From Paramecium tetraurelia (Eukaryota): a stretch of DNA of 64,000 nucleotides. The translations under genes were made by a program, and so were the position numbers. The stretch is from the NCBI GenBank assembly GCA_000165425.1, contig CT868001.1, positions 124,001 through 188,000 of the forward strand, in the 5' to 3' direction. Shown here piece by piece: positions 1 to 14,556 of the stretch. The notes beneath the pieces are model-generated. The model made no database searches. It saw only the letters and a list, made by a program, of their open reading frames with translations, and had not been told where the DNA came from. How positions within the stretch are numbered: the first letter of the stretch is position 1; each line of letters begins with the position of its first letter.

Positions 1-665
1 TCTTCGCCTTCGTCTTTAATTATATCCAATCGAATAAGGTTGTATATTATTTCCGCAATCTGAGGCACATCTAATAGTTTAATGAGATCCTTAAATACAT
101 ATTAACTTTCTTTTTGCGAATTTAATAAATATTTCCAAAGCTAAATATTATTTTTATAGAATTACACTTATTCCTCTTTTTTCAATTAATGCTTTTAATA
201 TTTTTGCCACATACCCTGCAAGTGTATTATCAATGAAATCTCTGTCTATTGTTTTGAATAGCATATTAAGAAATTCAAATTCCTCAGGTCCCTTTTAATC
301 AAAAAAATAATTGATTATCAATTCCTCTTTACTTCCAATAATTTCACTTACTAGAAAAGGATATCTAGAGATCACTATTAAATTGTACTTGTAAGGGATG
401 ACTTCTTCATTCTCCTTGGGCATGAGATTAATTATTTATAGCATTTCCCAAAAGCGTTCTGGAGATTTTGTAACACTATTTCTATAAAGTATTTTTACAA
501 TTCACCGAACAATTTTATGTTTTGTTTGGACTCCAACAGATCCTCTTGATCTAATATTTCTCGCAATTACGCATTAGGATTATCATTGAAGTATTGCCCT
601 ATTTTACTTTGTACCTTTTGCCCTGCTCTTTTTCTACTATATATTGTAATGAATCATTACCTCAT
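1..665 (-). CDS. SAPS (SIT4/PP6 phosphatase-associated) domain protein, 5' part; runs off window start
   Basis: Ciliate-code translation with tiny introns: MSRKRAGQKV...LREILDQEDLLES...YPFLVSEIIG...DNTLAGYVAKILKALIEK, matching the SAPS N-terminal motifs (L.EILD..DLL, YPF...EI, LAGYF.K). Confidence 0.75.
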
Positions 666-752
666 GTATATGATGATTATATAATATTAATTTTTATTAA
701 TTCATTTTCTAAACTCAGATCATATAGTGATTTATAATTAATTTACTATTTT

Positions 753-1115
753 ATGTTGTTTAATAAATTCTACTAACCAAGTTTTTATGAACTCCTGGAA
801 AATTTAGATAGACTCTATTCTAAACAAAATCACATATCCTAACAGGTAATCAAGCAATAAATACTGACACATGCACATATATTATCACCTTGATAAAATA
901 AACTGGAGATTGATTCTACTATTTTTGATAAAAAAAGATTTTATAATAAAAATTAATAATTTAATCAGAATAGCGACGTTTGATTCATCAATCTCAGACG
1001 AACGAGACCGTGTTTATCCTCATATGGTATTTCTATTATTGTAATCTAATAATAAGCTTTTATTAAGATTAATTAATATTATGGGATAATATTAATTAAT
1101 AAATAATATTCTTGA
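753..1115 (+). pseudogene. Possible decayed gene remnant
   Basis: ATG at 753 opens a protein-like frame (MLFNKFYQPSFYELLENLDRL...) with two internal TGAs (SP*QNK, DV*FINLRR). No homology recognised. Confidence 0.25.
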
Positions 1116-1289
1116 TCTAAAAACTCAATATTTTGTTGGAGATACTCGAAAATATTTCTAACATTGGGTCGATCCTTAGAATTAATATTTTCACTTAGAA
1201 ATTCAAATTATGTGTATTTAATGGTTTTGGATGTTTTTGTTTATTTTAATGATAATCTAACAATATATACAATAAATAATATTAAGTTC

Positions 1290-4200
1290 ATGTAAAAATT
1301 ATCTCTGGAGCAACATTTGAATGGACTTGAAAGGGAAGCTTATTCATATAAATGCAAGATCAAAGAGCTTGATAAGTATTCATATTGAGCTTTGTAGGGT
1401 GGTTAATCAATAGAGTGGGATTATAGAATTATAATAATAAAGAATTAATGAGTTGGAGGAAATCAATATTGATTTGAATAATAAACTGTTTAAGGTCGGC
1501 GAAGAGAAAAATGAAATTCAGGAAAGCAAAAGTATCTTGGAAACATAAATACGAAATTTATAGGAGTAAATTTTGCACACAATATAATGCACTGATGTAT
1601 TTATTTGATTAAAAGGGCCAATAGTAGTCGTAATTAGAATACGATTTGAAAAAGGAAAGGAATCTGACAACTCAATTAGAGAAGGAGATTTAAATATAAA
1701 GAAGCTAATTGGAGCATTTAGAATTGGAGCGCTAAAAATTGGATTAGGAATTGAAGACAAAGAGTTTAAATTAAGTAATATACATTAACAACGATGCTCT
1801 GACTAATGTCTTACAGAATTACAACTAGTATTTTGAGAACTTCAATAATGAAAAGCAATAATTACTAAATTAGATTCAATATTCTAAGGTTTTGGAAGAA
1901 AAGACAAGTAAATAAGAATTCAATAATTAGAAATTGAGAATCAAAAGCGAATTGATAGATTATAGATGATAATAAAAAATGCAGAGGAGAAAAAAAGGGC
2001 TCTGGAAGAGGAAATACAAAACTTGAAGAATGACAATGAGAATTACAAGAAGAACTTGGAGAATCAAAATAAATTGGTGTAGGAATAGGAGAAAGTAAGA
2101 TTAGAATTTGAGAAGGAAGCCTTAACAAAATAATAGTAGAATGAAATTTAACTATTGGATTAGCAAGATCAGATTGCAAAGTTGTAGTAGAAAATAAATT
2201 CTTCCAATTCTATGGTTTTTGATATGGTTAATCTGATAATTCCATCAGACATGGAAGAATTGATAGAAACTAAATAGTAATTGTTGAAGTGCGAGGAAGA
2301 GTTGAAGGAATTGAAGGAGTAGAACAAAAAGGAGAGGTAAGATAAGAAGAAGCTGTAAGATTTGGTTGAGAAGGAATTGCCGTTTGTCAAGCAAAGGAAA
2401 CAGGAGTTCGAATAGTTGATGGCTATTTCTTAGCAATAGAAGAAAAAACTAGAGGTGGAGATTAGTTTGAATAGAAAATTAAAAGAAACCTAAAATTAAT
2501 TAGAAATAGAACTATAATAACTGAAATAGAAGGAGGAAATCCAAAATATTGAACTTATTTAGTTAAAATCGGAAATTCTTGCTTGCAGAACTTAGATTTA
2601 GGAGTTATCTGTTATTGATCTTCTAAAGAATCAACCCTAGGTTTCGAATACTGATGGTTAGGTATTCATAAAGTAGTTATGCCATGAGAATGAATAGTTG
2701 AAAACTTAAATTTAATAAATCTTAATTAATTAGCAATCTTATAATCGCCCAACCAATTAATGGGAAGCAATCTAATAGGAGAATTTAAATCTCAAGTATG
2801 TTTTAAACACGAAGGAGGACGAGATTACGAATTTGAAAGAGAGGGTTAGCATAATGACTCAGGAGAAGGCTTTGGGATAGATTATCAATAATAAGGTTGA
2901 GCCGATTGTTCATAAAATTGAAAGTAATACTCATATTCAAATTAGAAATCAAGGTTAGAACTGAAAAGCAGTAGAGTTTATTAAATGAATTCAGGAAATA
3001 GAGGATGGAGAAGCGTAAGTTGGAGTTTAGAATAGAGGAACTGGAATTTGAAATATCTAAATTGTAAAGTCAATATTAGTTGGAGAGGTAGCAAAAGGAT
3101 TTCTTGGAGAGGAGATTGACTTAGTAGAAGGATGAATTTGGAAGGAAGAAAGAAGAATTTAGAAAGAGGTATGAGGAGTTTGAAATTAAAATAAAGGAAT
3201 TGCAATAAGAAATGAGTTTAGCTTCTGTAACTCAGGAACATATTAATTATTATTAATAAAACCAAATTTTGTTTTAGCAAAACAAGAAGAATAAACAATT
3301 AATAATTCAGTAGCATGAGGAAATTAAAAATTATGCATTAGAAATATAGAGATTGAGAGAGGAGTTGCATTAAAAGGATCGATAAATTAAGGAATTGGAA
3401 GGAGGAGATTAGAGAGGCGAGGAGAATTAGAAAATATTATAGATGAAGATATAAAGTGAAAATGATAAAATCACAATTCAAGGATTGTAGGAGTAGATAC
3501 ATCAATTAATAAAGGAGAAGGAGGATTTGTATAATCAATTTTTGATCCAGAAATAAAGATCTGAATAAGTCTAAAAAAACTAAAATAGTGATCAATCTTT
3601 ATCGGAGTTGAAGAAGAGCACTGAATATTTGTAAAATAGGATACAATAATTGAAGGAGGAGTCACAAAAGAGGATTCAATAATTAGAGATAGAATTTTAA
3701 AATAAGGTTGGATAGAAGTAGGACGAGATATCGTATTTGGAATAGGAAATATTGGAACTTAAAAAGGTACTGGAGGATTATAAAAATTAATATAAATAAG
3801 AGAAGTTAAAATAAGTTAACAAGTCTGAATTGAGTTTAAATGAGATTCAAGACTTGAAGGAACAACTGTCTTAGACGACTAGGGAGAAAGATCAGCTATT
3901 GAGAAGGAAATAAATGATTGAGAAAAAGGATACGGATTTGAAAGTAAAGGAGGAGTTAATAAATTCAAGGGAATAAAAAATTAATGAAGAGTAGGTTCAA
4001 TTTGAATAGACCAGACTAAAATAGACTTAAGAGATATAGGATTAAATATCAATTCAGAAGAACAAGGAATTGTCAATAATAGCATGTGATTATATTTTGA
4101 GTCGAGAACTGGAAAAGTATAAGGAGAGACTTCTTCAGGAGTAGAGTAAAGTAAATGAATTATTATAACAATAACAAATACAACAAAGCAGTCAAGAGAA

Positions 4201-4492
4201 TGAATTTAATAATGAGAGGTAAAGTTGGAATGGCAATGTAGAGTAAAAGTTTGATGGTCAGGAATAGGAGATGAGAAATGAAGAAAACAAGGTTAATAAA
4301 GGGATGTAGATTGAGGAACAATAAGTTTTGGAAGAAGAAAGACAAATTGATTAATAAGAGGTTTAGGAGAATGTGGGAGCAAATGAGGCAAAATAAGGGA
4401 TGGATATTATATAAGATGGTAAATTACTTGCTTATTTAGAAAAAGTGAAATTGAATCAAGAGGAGTAGAAGGACAAGGCAGAAGAGAGTTGA
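1290..4492 (+). CDS. Large coiled-coil protein of unknown function (about 1000 aa)
   Basis: Long TGA-free, E/K/Q/L-rich frame under the ciliate code, with micro-introns (e.g. gtattcatattgagctttgtag). Ends GAA GAG AGT TGA. Confidence 0.75.
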
Positions 4493-4595
4493 CTGTGATT
4501 TCATAAATGTATTTTTACGATGAAATAATGAATGTTAATAATAAACTTCAATTGACAACTGTTACTACAATTTTTGATTAATAAAATATAAATAA

Positions 4596-7132
4596 ATGCC
4601 AGCTGAATGTGTAAAAGTCATTGTAAGAATGCGTCCATTCAATCAAAGAGAAACGGAGAATGGAAGCAAACCATGTGTGGTAGTTTATGAAGACACCAAC
4701 ACTGTGGAATTAAGAAATGTATTCTATTTAATCATTCATTCCTTAGTCATAGGATAATGATGTGAAATCGTATACATATGATTACGTGTTTGGATCAGAG
4801 ACACCTCAACTATCCATTTATCAGAAAACTGCTTTCAACTTGGTAGAGAGTGTAGCAGATGGTTATAATGGAACAATATTTGCATATGGTTAAACAGGTA
4901 TTAATATTCAATTATCGTACAGGTTGTGGCAAAACATTCACTATGATTGGAGACCCATCTAGTGTAATAATATTATTCATTATTAGGAAACAATGAAGGG
5001 AATCATACCTAGAACTTTTGATCAAATTATCAGCATTATAAATAATAACTCAGACTCAAACAAAAAATTTCTACTTCGATGTTCATACATAGAAATATAC
5101 AATGAAGAAATACATGATTTATTAAGCAAAGATGTGAAGCAGAAATATGAATTAAAAGAGAGATAATAAGGTGTCTACGTTAAAGATCTAAACATAGCCG
5201 TGGTTAGAACTACTTAAGAAATGGATCGATACATGTAATTGGGTACATAAAACAGATCAGTTGGAGCCACAGCCATGAATAAGGAATCAAGTCGTAGTCA
5301 TTGCATTTTCACTGTATACATAGAATGTTCTGTTACAGACCAAAAAGGAAATGAGAGAATTACTGCTGGAAAATTAAACTTGGTGGATTTGGCAGGTAGT
5401 GAAAGATAATCAAAAACCTAAGCCACAGGTGACAGATTAAAAGAAGCAACAAAAATCAATTTATCACTTTCAGCTTTGGGTAATGTCATTTCAGCACTTG
5501 TTGATGGTAAAACATAACATATTCCTTACAGAGATTCTAAATTTGACAAGATTATTACAGGATTCTTTGGGAGGAAATACAAAAACAATAATGATCACAG
5601 CTATCAGTCCATCTGATTTCAACTTTGATGAAACTTTGTCTAGTTTAAGGTATGCATCAAGAGCTAAAATGATTAAAAATCAACCTAAAGTAAATGAAGA
5701 TCCAAAAGATGCTTTATTAAAAGAATAGGCTGAAGAGATCAAAAAACTTAAAGAAATGCTGTCCAAATAAGCAGCAGGTTAACCGATATCTATGGATGCC
5801 TTTTAGCCAATTGCTAAATCAGAAAACAATTCAGAGCTGGCAAGATTGAAAGCAGAGAATGATAGATTGAAGGAGAAGAGTAAGGCCTAAGCAGGAGGTG
5901 GACCAACTGAAGAGAAACTTAAAGAATTACATGAATTTAAGGAGAAGAACAATTAGTTACTATAAGAGAAGGAAAGAATTGAAATGGAAGTAAGAGAGAA
6001 GGAGATTTAAGCAGAATAAGAACGATAAGCCAGGAAGAGATTGGAAGATTTATTGAAAGAAAAGGAGTAGATGATGGTTTAAGGTGGCAGAGGTACTGAA
6101 GACGATAAAAAGAAGTATAAAAAATTGAGACAAGCTATTGATTTATAAAAAAAAGAGCATGAGGCCCTTATTAGTTAATAGGAATAGTAATAATAAGAAC
6201 TATTGTAAATTGAGACTAAGTATCAAAGTGTACAGGAAGAGGTTGAAAAATTAAGGAAACTTGTTAAATTTTTGAGAAAGAAATTAGAAGAGGCTTAAAA
6301 TGAGTAGAAAGATTTAAAGCAAGAAGTTGAATATGAGAAAGAAGATCTGTTGGATACGATTAGAAGTTAGAAAAAAGAAATCAAATTATATTCTGGCATA
6401 GTTAAAATGATGTTTAATCAAACTGAGTTAGAATCTCTTCAAGCAGCATGTGAATGGGATGATGATTCTTCGGAATACAAGATTCCTCCTTTCAATTTCA
6501 AAGCTAAGAAAGTCAATTTTCCTAATTTGCCTTATAAACAAGGTAATCATATTAATTGAAACTAGCTATCGATTTAATTGAGCAAGAAAAGGCAGAAAGA
6601 ATTATTGAAATAAATTCTCGATAATCTGATAAAGGTAGTTACTATGATTCTGAATACAATCAAAGAATGATTTCCTCAAAACAACAAATAAAGGGTATAC
6701 TCTATTTTTTCAATGTTAGATTCTCAACAAAAATAAAATGGTACAAGTTAGCCTCAGTTGGATAGAGCCTAATTAGTGGCTGAGAAGATAAAATTGAATT
6801 ATTAGATGCTCGAAGAAAAAGAAGGAAAATATAGATACTCGAATGAAGTTTCCAATCAGTAATTGAACGAGAAGAAACCAAATCAAAAAATAATATTAAG
6901 TCCTATTGATAATCGAGGAAACACAGTCCCCAATTTTCCAAGTCAATATGGATATAATAGTAATACAAACAGCAGCAATTTATCACAAGCAACACCACCA
7001 TCTAATAAAAAAAGTATGATCAAACTTTTATTACTAGATGTTAATCTATAGCCTTTAGAATCAAAACCATAGGTTCCAGGACCTGATGAATTATAAAGAA
7101 GAAAATAGCATCAGAGAGTCTAACAAATTTGA
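4596..7132 (+). CDS. Kinesin-2 family motor (KIF3/KIF17/OSM-3-like)
   Basis: [32 protein letters not shown]-loop, [37 protein letters not shown], kinesin-2 neck [11 protein letters not shown], then a coiled-coil stalk; several 20-30 nt introns. Confidence 0.95.
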
Positions 7133-7528
7133 AATATATATTATTTTCTTTTTATTTTCACATCTATTTACTAATGTTCCACAAGATGATCAAATGTATT
7201 CGAATCGATTTTGGTATTTTATTATCTATATTTAAATTTAATTTATTCATAATCTCTCATTTAAGTCGTTTTATAACAATATATCATTCTCACCTAATGG
7301 AATTTCATCAAAAGTATCAGTTATGCCTTCAATATTTCTCATCAACCCCAAACCAATGTTTTTAAATTTAATTTATTCAGTAGAAACAAATAAATTGGAT
7401 TCACCGTCTGTTTATTAACAGTTGCATATTAGGATTATCAATGCCAAAAACAAAATTAATTTCATAAAAAATAATAAAAATAAATCCTAATAAAGTCTTA
7501 AGTTTTATTATAATTTATTATCAATTGA

Positions 7529-8357
7529 ATGAGAAATCAAATCACTTCTCATGTAACTAACATTATCTAATTTTAATAGAGTCCTTTTAGAACAACACAG
7601 TCTATAATCAGAGATAGTCCCCATACTTAGTTGGATGAGTCCCGTATTTCAAACAACCGAGTTCCACAAAATAGAGAATCTATGAGGGCAAGAATGTTGA
7701 TTAACTAATCTCATAATAATATCCAGAATTAGGGGTAATAAGTCAGAAAATAAATTGCTAATGAAAGAACATAGTCAAAAGGAGGCAATCCAAATGAATT
7801 TAATCCCAAAAAATTTATAACCAAAGAACTCAAAGCATTTTATATTGATTAATTTAATAGGAATCAGACATTATTGATATCAAACAAGTTTTCGATTACT
7901 ATGATTCAGAATAAGCAGGAATATTATCTCCCAATGATTTAGAATAATTGTTGATTAGTTTTGGATATCACCCTTCTAAGGAAACCTTATATGGTAATTA
8001 AATCCAATTATTCTAAATAGAGATATTTTCTGAATTGGATGAAGAAGAATTAGGAGGAATAACATTTCAATATTTCTTGGCCATTCTAAATCAGGATAAA
8101 ACTAAATCAGAGAAAAAGGATGTAATTAGAAGAGTTTACAGAAAGTACGATAAAAGCAACAAAGGATATATCACTTTACAAGATCTAAGATAAGTTGTGT
8201 ATAAAGATTTGAAAGAAGATATCGATGAAGAGGTATTGGCTGAAGTAATAGAATAAATCTGATATTCAAGATCTTTAGAAAGACCGACTCTAACCAAGAT
8301 GGAAAAATGACATTTGAAGATTTTTATAACGTCATTACCAAAAAGGTTTATTATTGA
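7529..8357 (+). CDS. Centrin-like EF-hand protein with N-terminal extension
   Basis: FNPKKFITKELKESDIIDIKQVFDYYD, four EF-hand-like loops (DSEQAGILSPND, DEEELGGITFQY, DKSNKGYITLQD, DSNQDGKMTFED) and C-terminus FYNVITKKVYY*, as in ciliate centrins. Confidence 0.85.
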
Positions 8358-8386
8358 TATTATTTATCCGTACATATTTAATTATA

Positions 8387-8817
8387 ATGTCCTGTATTAT
8401 ATAATTAACCAATAGAGCAAAGCGATCCTTATCACAGAGTATTTTTCAATTTAATAAGATCCTACTCGATAGCCTCCTCATAAAATTATATTGCCTAAAC
8501 TCTTTGTGGAGAGAGAAAGAGCAATATCCCTTGATAGACGTACCCAAAATAAGAAAGTTATTTCGAACTCACCTAAACCCTTTATACATTCTCCTAAATT
8601 AATTGCTAAGTCAGCTTAAACAGAATTTAATCATTTGAAATTGTCATAGTGCTCCAAACAATCTGTTGTTTTAGAAGGCAAACAATTTAAAAATACCATA
8701 AGTAGAAAACTCAGATAATTACCCATAAATTCAAATGACTTTTGTTAAGCTGGTTTTGAAACTAGTGACACAGAATTTGATGATTTTTCTTTAGAAGCAT
8801 ATCTTAAAAGATAATGA
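8387..8817 (+). CDS. Hypothetical protein, start not resolved
   Basis: About 140-codon TGA-free frame (...PPHKIILPKLFVERERAISLDRR...DTEFDDFSLEAYLKRQ*). The ATG at 8387 could not be joined in frame with a clean intron. Confidence 0.45.
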
Positions 8818-9097
8818 TAATATTATTGTGCTTAATTTTTGCTATAGCATTAAGTTGTTTTATATTGAATATTATGAAGAAATGCTTTTATCTCACCATT
8901 TTATTATAATTTCTTATCAAACAGAGCTTAAGGACCTCAATAAATTACTCCAATAACTATTTTTAGTTAAAATTGGAAATATGTATTAATCAAATTCTTT
9001 AAATTAAACACTAGAACAACCTTTGAAAATATCACTCAAATAACAAAATAATATAAAAACAGATTTTAAAAATTACAACAAAAATCAAATAAGTGTT

Positions 9098-10175
9098 TCA
9101 ATGTGATATTACATAAGTCTCCTTATCTTCTTCTTCAGTCTAATTTTGTTGTTTATTTGCTTTTTCACATGGAGGTTAACTTAATCCTAGTTTATCTCTG
9201 ATTTTGCTTTCGTCTAACTCATCATCATCGTCATCTTTTGATAGAGTTAATGTTCGAAACACTTAATTGGAAAGCATCATTTTTGCTTTTTAAAGAGATA
9301 AAGATCTTGAGAGACTTTAAAATTTCCTTTGTTCATTTTATTAATATTAACTGTTGAGTGTCACAGCGTTTCTCATGTTCAACACATTTGATGAAGTGCT
9401 GTTAAACTATTTAAATAAACTAGAAACTGGACGTACATCTGGTAACTTTTATAGGTACACAATTATACTTATGATAACCAAATGAAAAAGGGTAAATTTA
9501 ATTCGAGCTCTTAGTCTTACTTATCAAAGAAGAAATCTTTTATTTAAAATCCATTTTCTGGATTTAAGTGAAAAGACACAACAGAATTCTTTTAATAAAT
9601 CTTATTCATTACATCTACTATAATGATGTCTTTTAAATCTCTGCCCAACTTGTTTAGGTTTTTAGTTAATCCAATTTACAATGGTGTACAACTATCTCTA
9701 TACATTCTGCCAATAGCTCTATTATTGGGATCAATAAAATCCATGACCGGATCAGCATATTCTTATAGACTTGCAGTCCAAAAAACTATATCGTAAAATT
9801 CATAAAGTTGCTCTAGGAACTCATAAACTCCTGGCCGAATCGTTACATAGACTTTGAACAATTGACCTTAAACAATAATCTAGGATATAATTGTATTTTA
9901 CATCGATTGAAAAATCATAACCATTTATAATTTAAAATTAACTATGAACCAATGTTTCATCCAAATCTAGAACTATGACTTTGCGTTGTCCCTAACCAAA
10001 TAATTTTGAAAAGTACTAAAAATGATGATTTGGGACTATCAATTCCCAATTGATATTTTAATTGGTTTGTTTGTTGTTGCTTTGATTTCAGGAAGCTCAA
10101 GCAAGAGCATATTCTAGCCAAAAAGGACTAACTCTTTGTTTTCTACTCTTTTTAATATATAATGTTTTATTACAT
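9098..10175 (-). CDS. FCP1/SCP (NIF) family CTD small phosphatase-like HAD phosphatase
   Basis: VIVLDLDETLVHS, YVTIRPGVYEFLEQL, VFWTASLQEYADPVMD, KNLNKLGRDLKDIIIVD motifs. Confidence 0.93.
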
Positions 10176-11319
10176 AAAAATTAATGAAATGCAACGAAGT
10201 TCAATAATTAAAATAATCAATACAACTTTATCAATAACTCTTTATATATAGATTTGATTCAACCATTTAAATCAATCATTTCAAAGGGAACTTAATTGTT
10301 AAAACGCATTAAATTTGCTACATAACTATCTAAAACTAGACATTGAAGATGAAAGGGATGGCTATAAACTCAGATTTCTATATTTAATTATTCACTTATT
10401 TATTATGATTAGATTCATAAATTTATACACAATTAATTTTTTTATCAATATAACTTTAAATTTATGATATTAATTTAAACCAATGTTTTGAAAATAAGCA
10501 ATTTTTATTATTTTTTCAAGAAAAACAAATGATTTAATTAGTTTTCTTTGAGAGATCTTTGATTATCATTGGATATTTGAATTATTAAATACTTATATCA
10601 TTTTAATTCTGAACCAATTGTTATTGAATTCTCTGAGAAACAAAGGCAATTTCATTAAGATACCATTTAATTAGTGATAAATATCAAAATGATAAAGGAG
10701 TTTCATGTTTTTATTAAATTTATATAAATCAATACAGAAACAATAGCGTTAATAATAATATAAATTCTATAAGTTATTTATTTATTTCTTTCAATTAAAG
10801 ATATACACTACTTAAGGGTTCTTATTTTTATTCATGATTTGTTTCATTTAGATTCTCTTCAATATTTATAAGTATTTTTTTGAATTTAATAATGAAAGTT
10901 AAATTCTTAATTTATTAAAACTAGCTATTTTGAGTTTATTGATTTTAGAGTTAATTGAATTTGAATTACAAAATCAGAAAGATTGCTAAAATTGTTTATA
11001 TATGTTAAATCTTCAATATGTAGTCGAAAATATTTTAGTGTTCTCTAAATTCAAAGTATTAGTTTAATTCTTAATAAAAATGTGAAGAATCAGCTTCATG
11101 ATAATAGCATAATTCTAAAATCAAGAGAGATATTAATGATGTACCTTAATAATAGTAATTTCAATTATTAAAAAGTGAATGATAAGATTTATTCTGTTAT
11201 AGACTCTTATTTTGACTCATTTATGAATCCTTTCATAAAGTATTGATTTTGCATTATATTTATTATTATTTAAATTAAAGTTGTTAATAAATAAAATTAA
11301 TCATAAAATAACATCAAAA

Positions 11320-12566
11320 ATGTCTGAAGAAGATGAAGTAATATGTGAACAATGCTAAACAGTTCCAACACAATTTGTTATATTAGATTGCGAGCATAAG
11401 TTTTGTTTATATTGCATTTCACATGCTATTCACAAAGATGACAGTGGAGTGCCTTGTCTAAAATGCAATGCTCCAACTGTTTTAGATCACGAGTCACTTT
11501 AAGCTGTCCAACAAACAAAGGAATCACAATCATAACTTTCGAAGACGTAGCCCAATTACAATGTTAAGCCTTTTACAACAGAGAAGAGATAATATGTTTA
11601 ACCAATTTAGGAGGATCCTACAATAAAAGGTCATCCTTGCTTAGAGAAATTAAATTTAGCAGTTGAAAGAAGTTTGGATAAGATCAGGAACATTCAATTC
11701 GATAAATAGTAAGTAAAGGATAAGTGCCAAACATAAAAGAGTGACATAGACACAGAATTCAAAGCTTTGCACATGTATTTAGATTCAAAATAAGAGGAAT
11801 TTCAAAATCAATTGTCTAATATTGAGACTTCATATTTGAATGAACTTACTAAGGATGAAGAAGTTTAGGTACTATTTTAAAGTAGTTTAAGCAACTAGAT
11901 ATTGAGGAAATGAGCATAATCAAGAATGAAATAAAGGCAATTTTGAAAAGCTAGGATGGTTAAGATATATACACATTCAAATAATTAGTGGCTACAGTGG
12001 ATGGAATAGTATAGGACAAATAGTTATCAATAAAACAACTTGTAATTATAATAAATTACTATTTAAGAACTTGTTCAAACAAATGTAGGATGAATTGTAA
12101 TAACTCTCAAAAAAATAGGCTCAGTTTTATTAGGATTTCAGGAGATTTTTTAATATTTTATAGCCTCTCCAAGTATCATTAGTATAAAATTATGCCAGTC
12201 CAATAAAATTAGAATATGGGGGTTCAATCACAAGGTATTTTGAATAATAAAGATAGTGACATTTAGGAGAAGATTAGAGAATTGAAACACAGGAATTCTA
12301 GATCGATGAATACTTCTTAACTGAACAACTCTAGATCTTAGAATTCTCCACCTAAAAATACTTTTCTGAATGAAGAGATCAACATATCTAGGAAAATAAG
12401 TCGAGAGTAGGCTAACATTGTGCAACAAAGGAAATTGGGGACTTCGCCTATGGATGCAAAAACTGTATTACAAAGTTCAATGAAGCATAATAATAAATCA
12501 AATTCAAAATTCAACAAAATTTTAAATAGCCCCCTTACACTTGCTGGATTTTCATATTTGAGTTGA
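11320..12566 (+). CDS. RING-finger protein with coiled-coil region
   Basis: N-terminal C3HC4 pattern CEQC-x9-CEHKFCLYC...CLKC, followed by helical and low-complexity sequence; micro-introns. Confidence 0.8.
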
Positions 12567-12832
12567 TTTAGTACTTTATAGCTATAATTTATTAAAACCT
12601 ATAATATCAGTAAATAATAAACTGGACTTATTTTAATTATTTTGCTATATATATTAATTATGACATTTATATTAAAAAATTAAAATAACTTTAAACATTA
12701 ATTTAATGCTTAAATTTCATTATTATAAAGCTACCAACAATCTTTGTAATAGGGATGTATTCAGATTTCAAACTACAATTGTACTTTCTAACGAATTTTG
12801 CCAGTATTTCTAAATTAAATTAATATTAATAT

Positions 12833-14556
12833 ATGTTTCAGGAATTCATTTCATAACTTGGCACATTCAAAAATGCTGAAATTCCTTTTTATTTTAGAAA
12901 TCAATTTAAAATCAAAGACAATTTCATAAATCCGAACAGCAAGTATTTCGATGGTATTGTACAAAAGTAAGAAATCAATATATAAAAACAACAGATTGAT
13001 TTAAGAGGAAAAGTAGGGTATAAAGAGAAAATGGGATAAGTAATGTAAAATGATGTTCATATGGGTATTAAGTAAGTATTTTCAAATCAAAAATCAAAAA
13101 TCCATCAACCCAAACAAGGAGGAATGGCAAGAGCTTGCAAGTATCTTAAAAACTGATGAAACCATTCTCAAATAAAGATGGATCACACTAATAAACCCTG
13201 TTCAGAAAAGTATAAACTGGGATTCTCAAGAAGATGACATCATCCGTTCATTGATGAAGTAAAATATCAATAAAACAAAATAGTTAATAGGATGAGAAAC
13301 ATATATGGACATTTATTGCCTTGGAGTTATATAACAAAAATGGGGGTCAATTTATTAGAACCCCTAAGTAAGTTAGAGAAAGATGGATGAATTACCTCAA
13401 CCCTAAGTTGAATAAGTAAGCATCAAATTTATACCCTAGAGCAAATTGGACTTAAAAGGAAGATATCCAATTATTGACCAATATAGTCAATCACGGCAAA
13501 AGATGGTCACAATTATCAGCACTCTTACAAGGAAGAACTGAAAATCAAGTCAAGAATAGGTATCCCAAATTAATATAAATTAAGATTCAAAAGCTTAATG
13601 TAGAAGATATACAAAGATGAAGACGATGATGAATTAGATGAACTTCAAGCTATACAAGATTATTTAAAGAAATTAGGAGTTTACTCTGAAGAATTCGCAG
13701 GAGATCCAAATATTTAAAAAAACCAATCTTTCCAAACCTTCAAGTAGAAAGTCAGAAAACTCCATATTTAGATCAGGCATCCCAAAAAAACAACTAAGAA
13801 AAAGAAGGTCACCAAAGCTAATCTCAAAACCTTAAAAAAATAGTCAGAATCAATTAATTAAGAATTTATTATTTAAAATAATTCATTAAATCAAAAAGAA
13901 AATAATGAACCCATCCCTAATGTTTAAGATTCCAACCTACCAAATGACCTTAATCGATAAGATTAATAATAATAAGTCTAATAACAAACCTAAATTTCAG
14001 AAATTAATGGTATTCAAACACCAAGTACTTTAAATAACTGTTTCTTGCCCTTTATCCAACAACCATATTAGTTCGATGTCTAATAATAAAATTAGAATTA
14101 GTTGATCTATCAAAGTTATAGAAATTAAATGGAAGAATTTCAACAATATTAATATAAAATTATGATGGAATAATATATGAAACAGTTTCAAACTAATTAT
14201 AATGCCATATCACCAATTTCTATGATTAATCAAACTCCCATGACTTACACACCTACCCAACAATATCAATTATATTACAACACATTTACATCACCATAAT
14301 GGAATTGTAGTCCTAACTAAATAGATATCAATTCCCCTAAATTTTAAAATTTCTATTGGTAAAATCAATAGTAACATTATGATTAATTCTAAAATGAACA
14401 AATGAGACAAATGCAATATGTATTTATCCGAATTAATTTTAGAATCATAAATTAGAATTTTTAAATTCGAATAGCCTTGTCGATGACTGGAAAAGAAAAA
14501 GAGATAATTCGAAATAGAATTCACAATTTCAATTTATGGGTTCATTAGATTAATGA
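12833..14556 (+). CDS. Myb-family transcription factor (three Myb/SANT repeats, the first divergent)
   Basis: KRKWD...EWQELA...QRWITLINP; NWDSQEDD...WTFIA...RTPKQVRERWMNYLNP; NWTQKED...RWSQLS..LQGRTENQVKNRF; Q/N-rich tail. Confidence 0.9.

Noticed and set aside
1518..4345. Minus-strand F/L/S-rich ORFs in the supplied track (also many later ones)
   Set aside because: They are antisense shadows of real genes; the track treats TAA/TAG as stops, but they encode Gln here.
7441..7640. ATG at 7441 as the start of the centrin-like gene
   Set aside because: That frame hits TGA near 7637; ATG 7529 gives the continuous frame.
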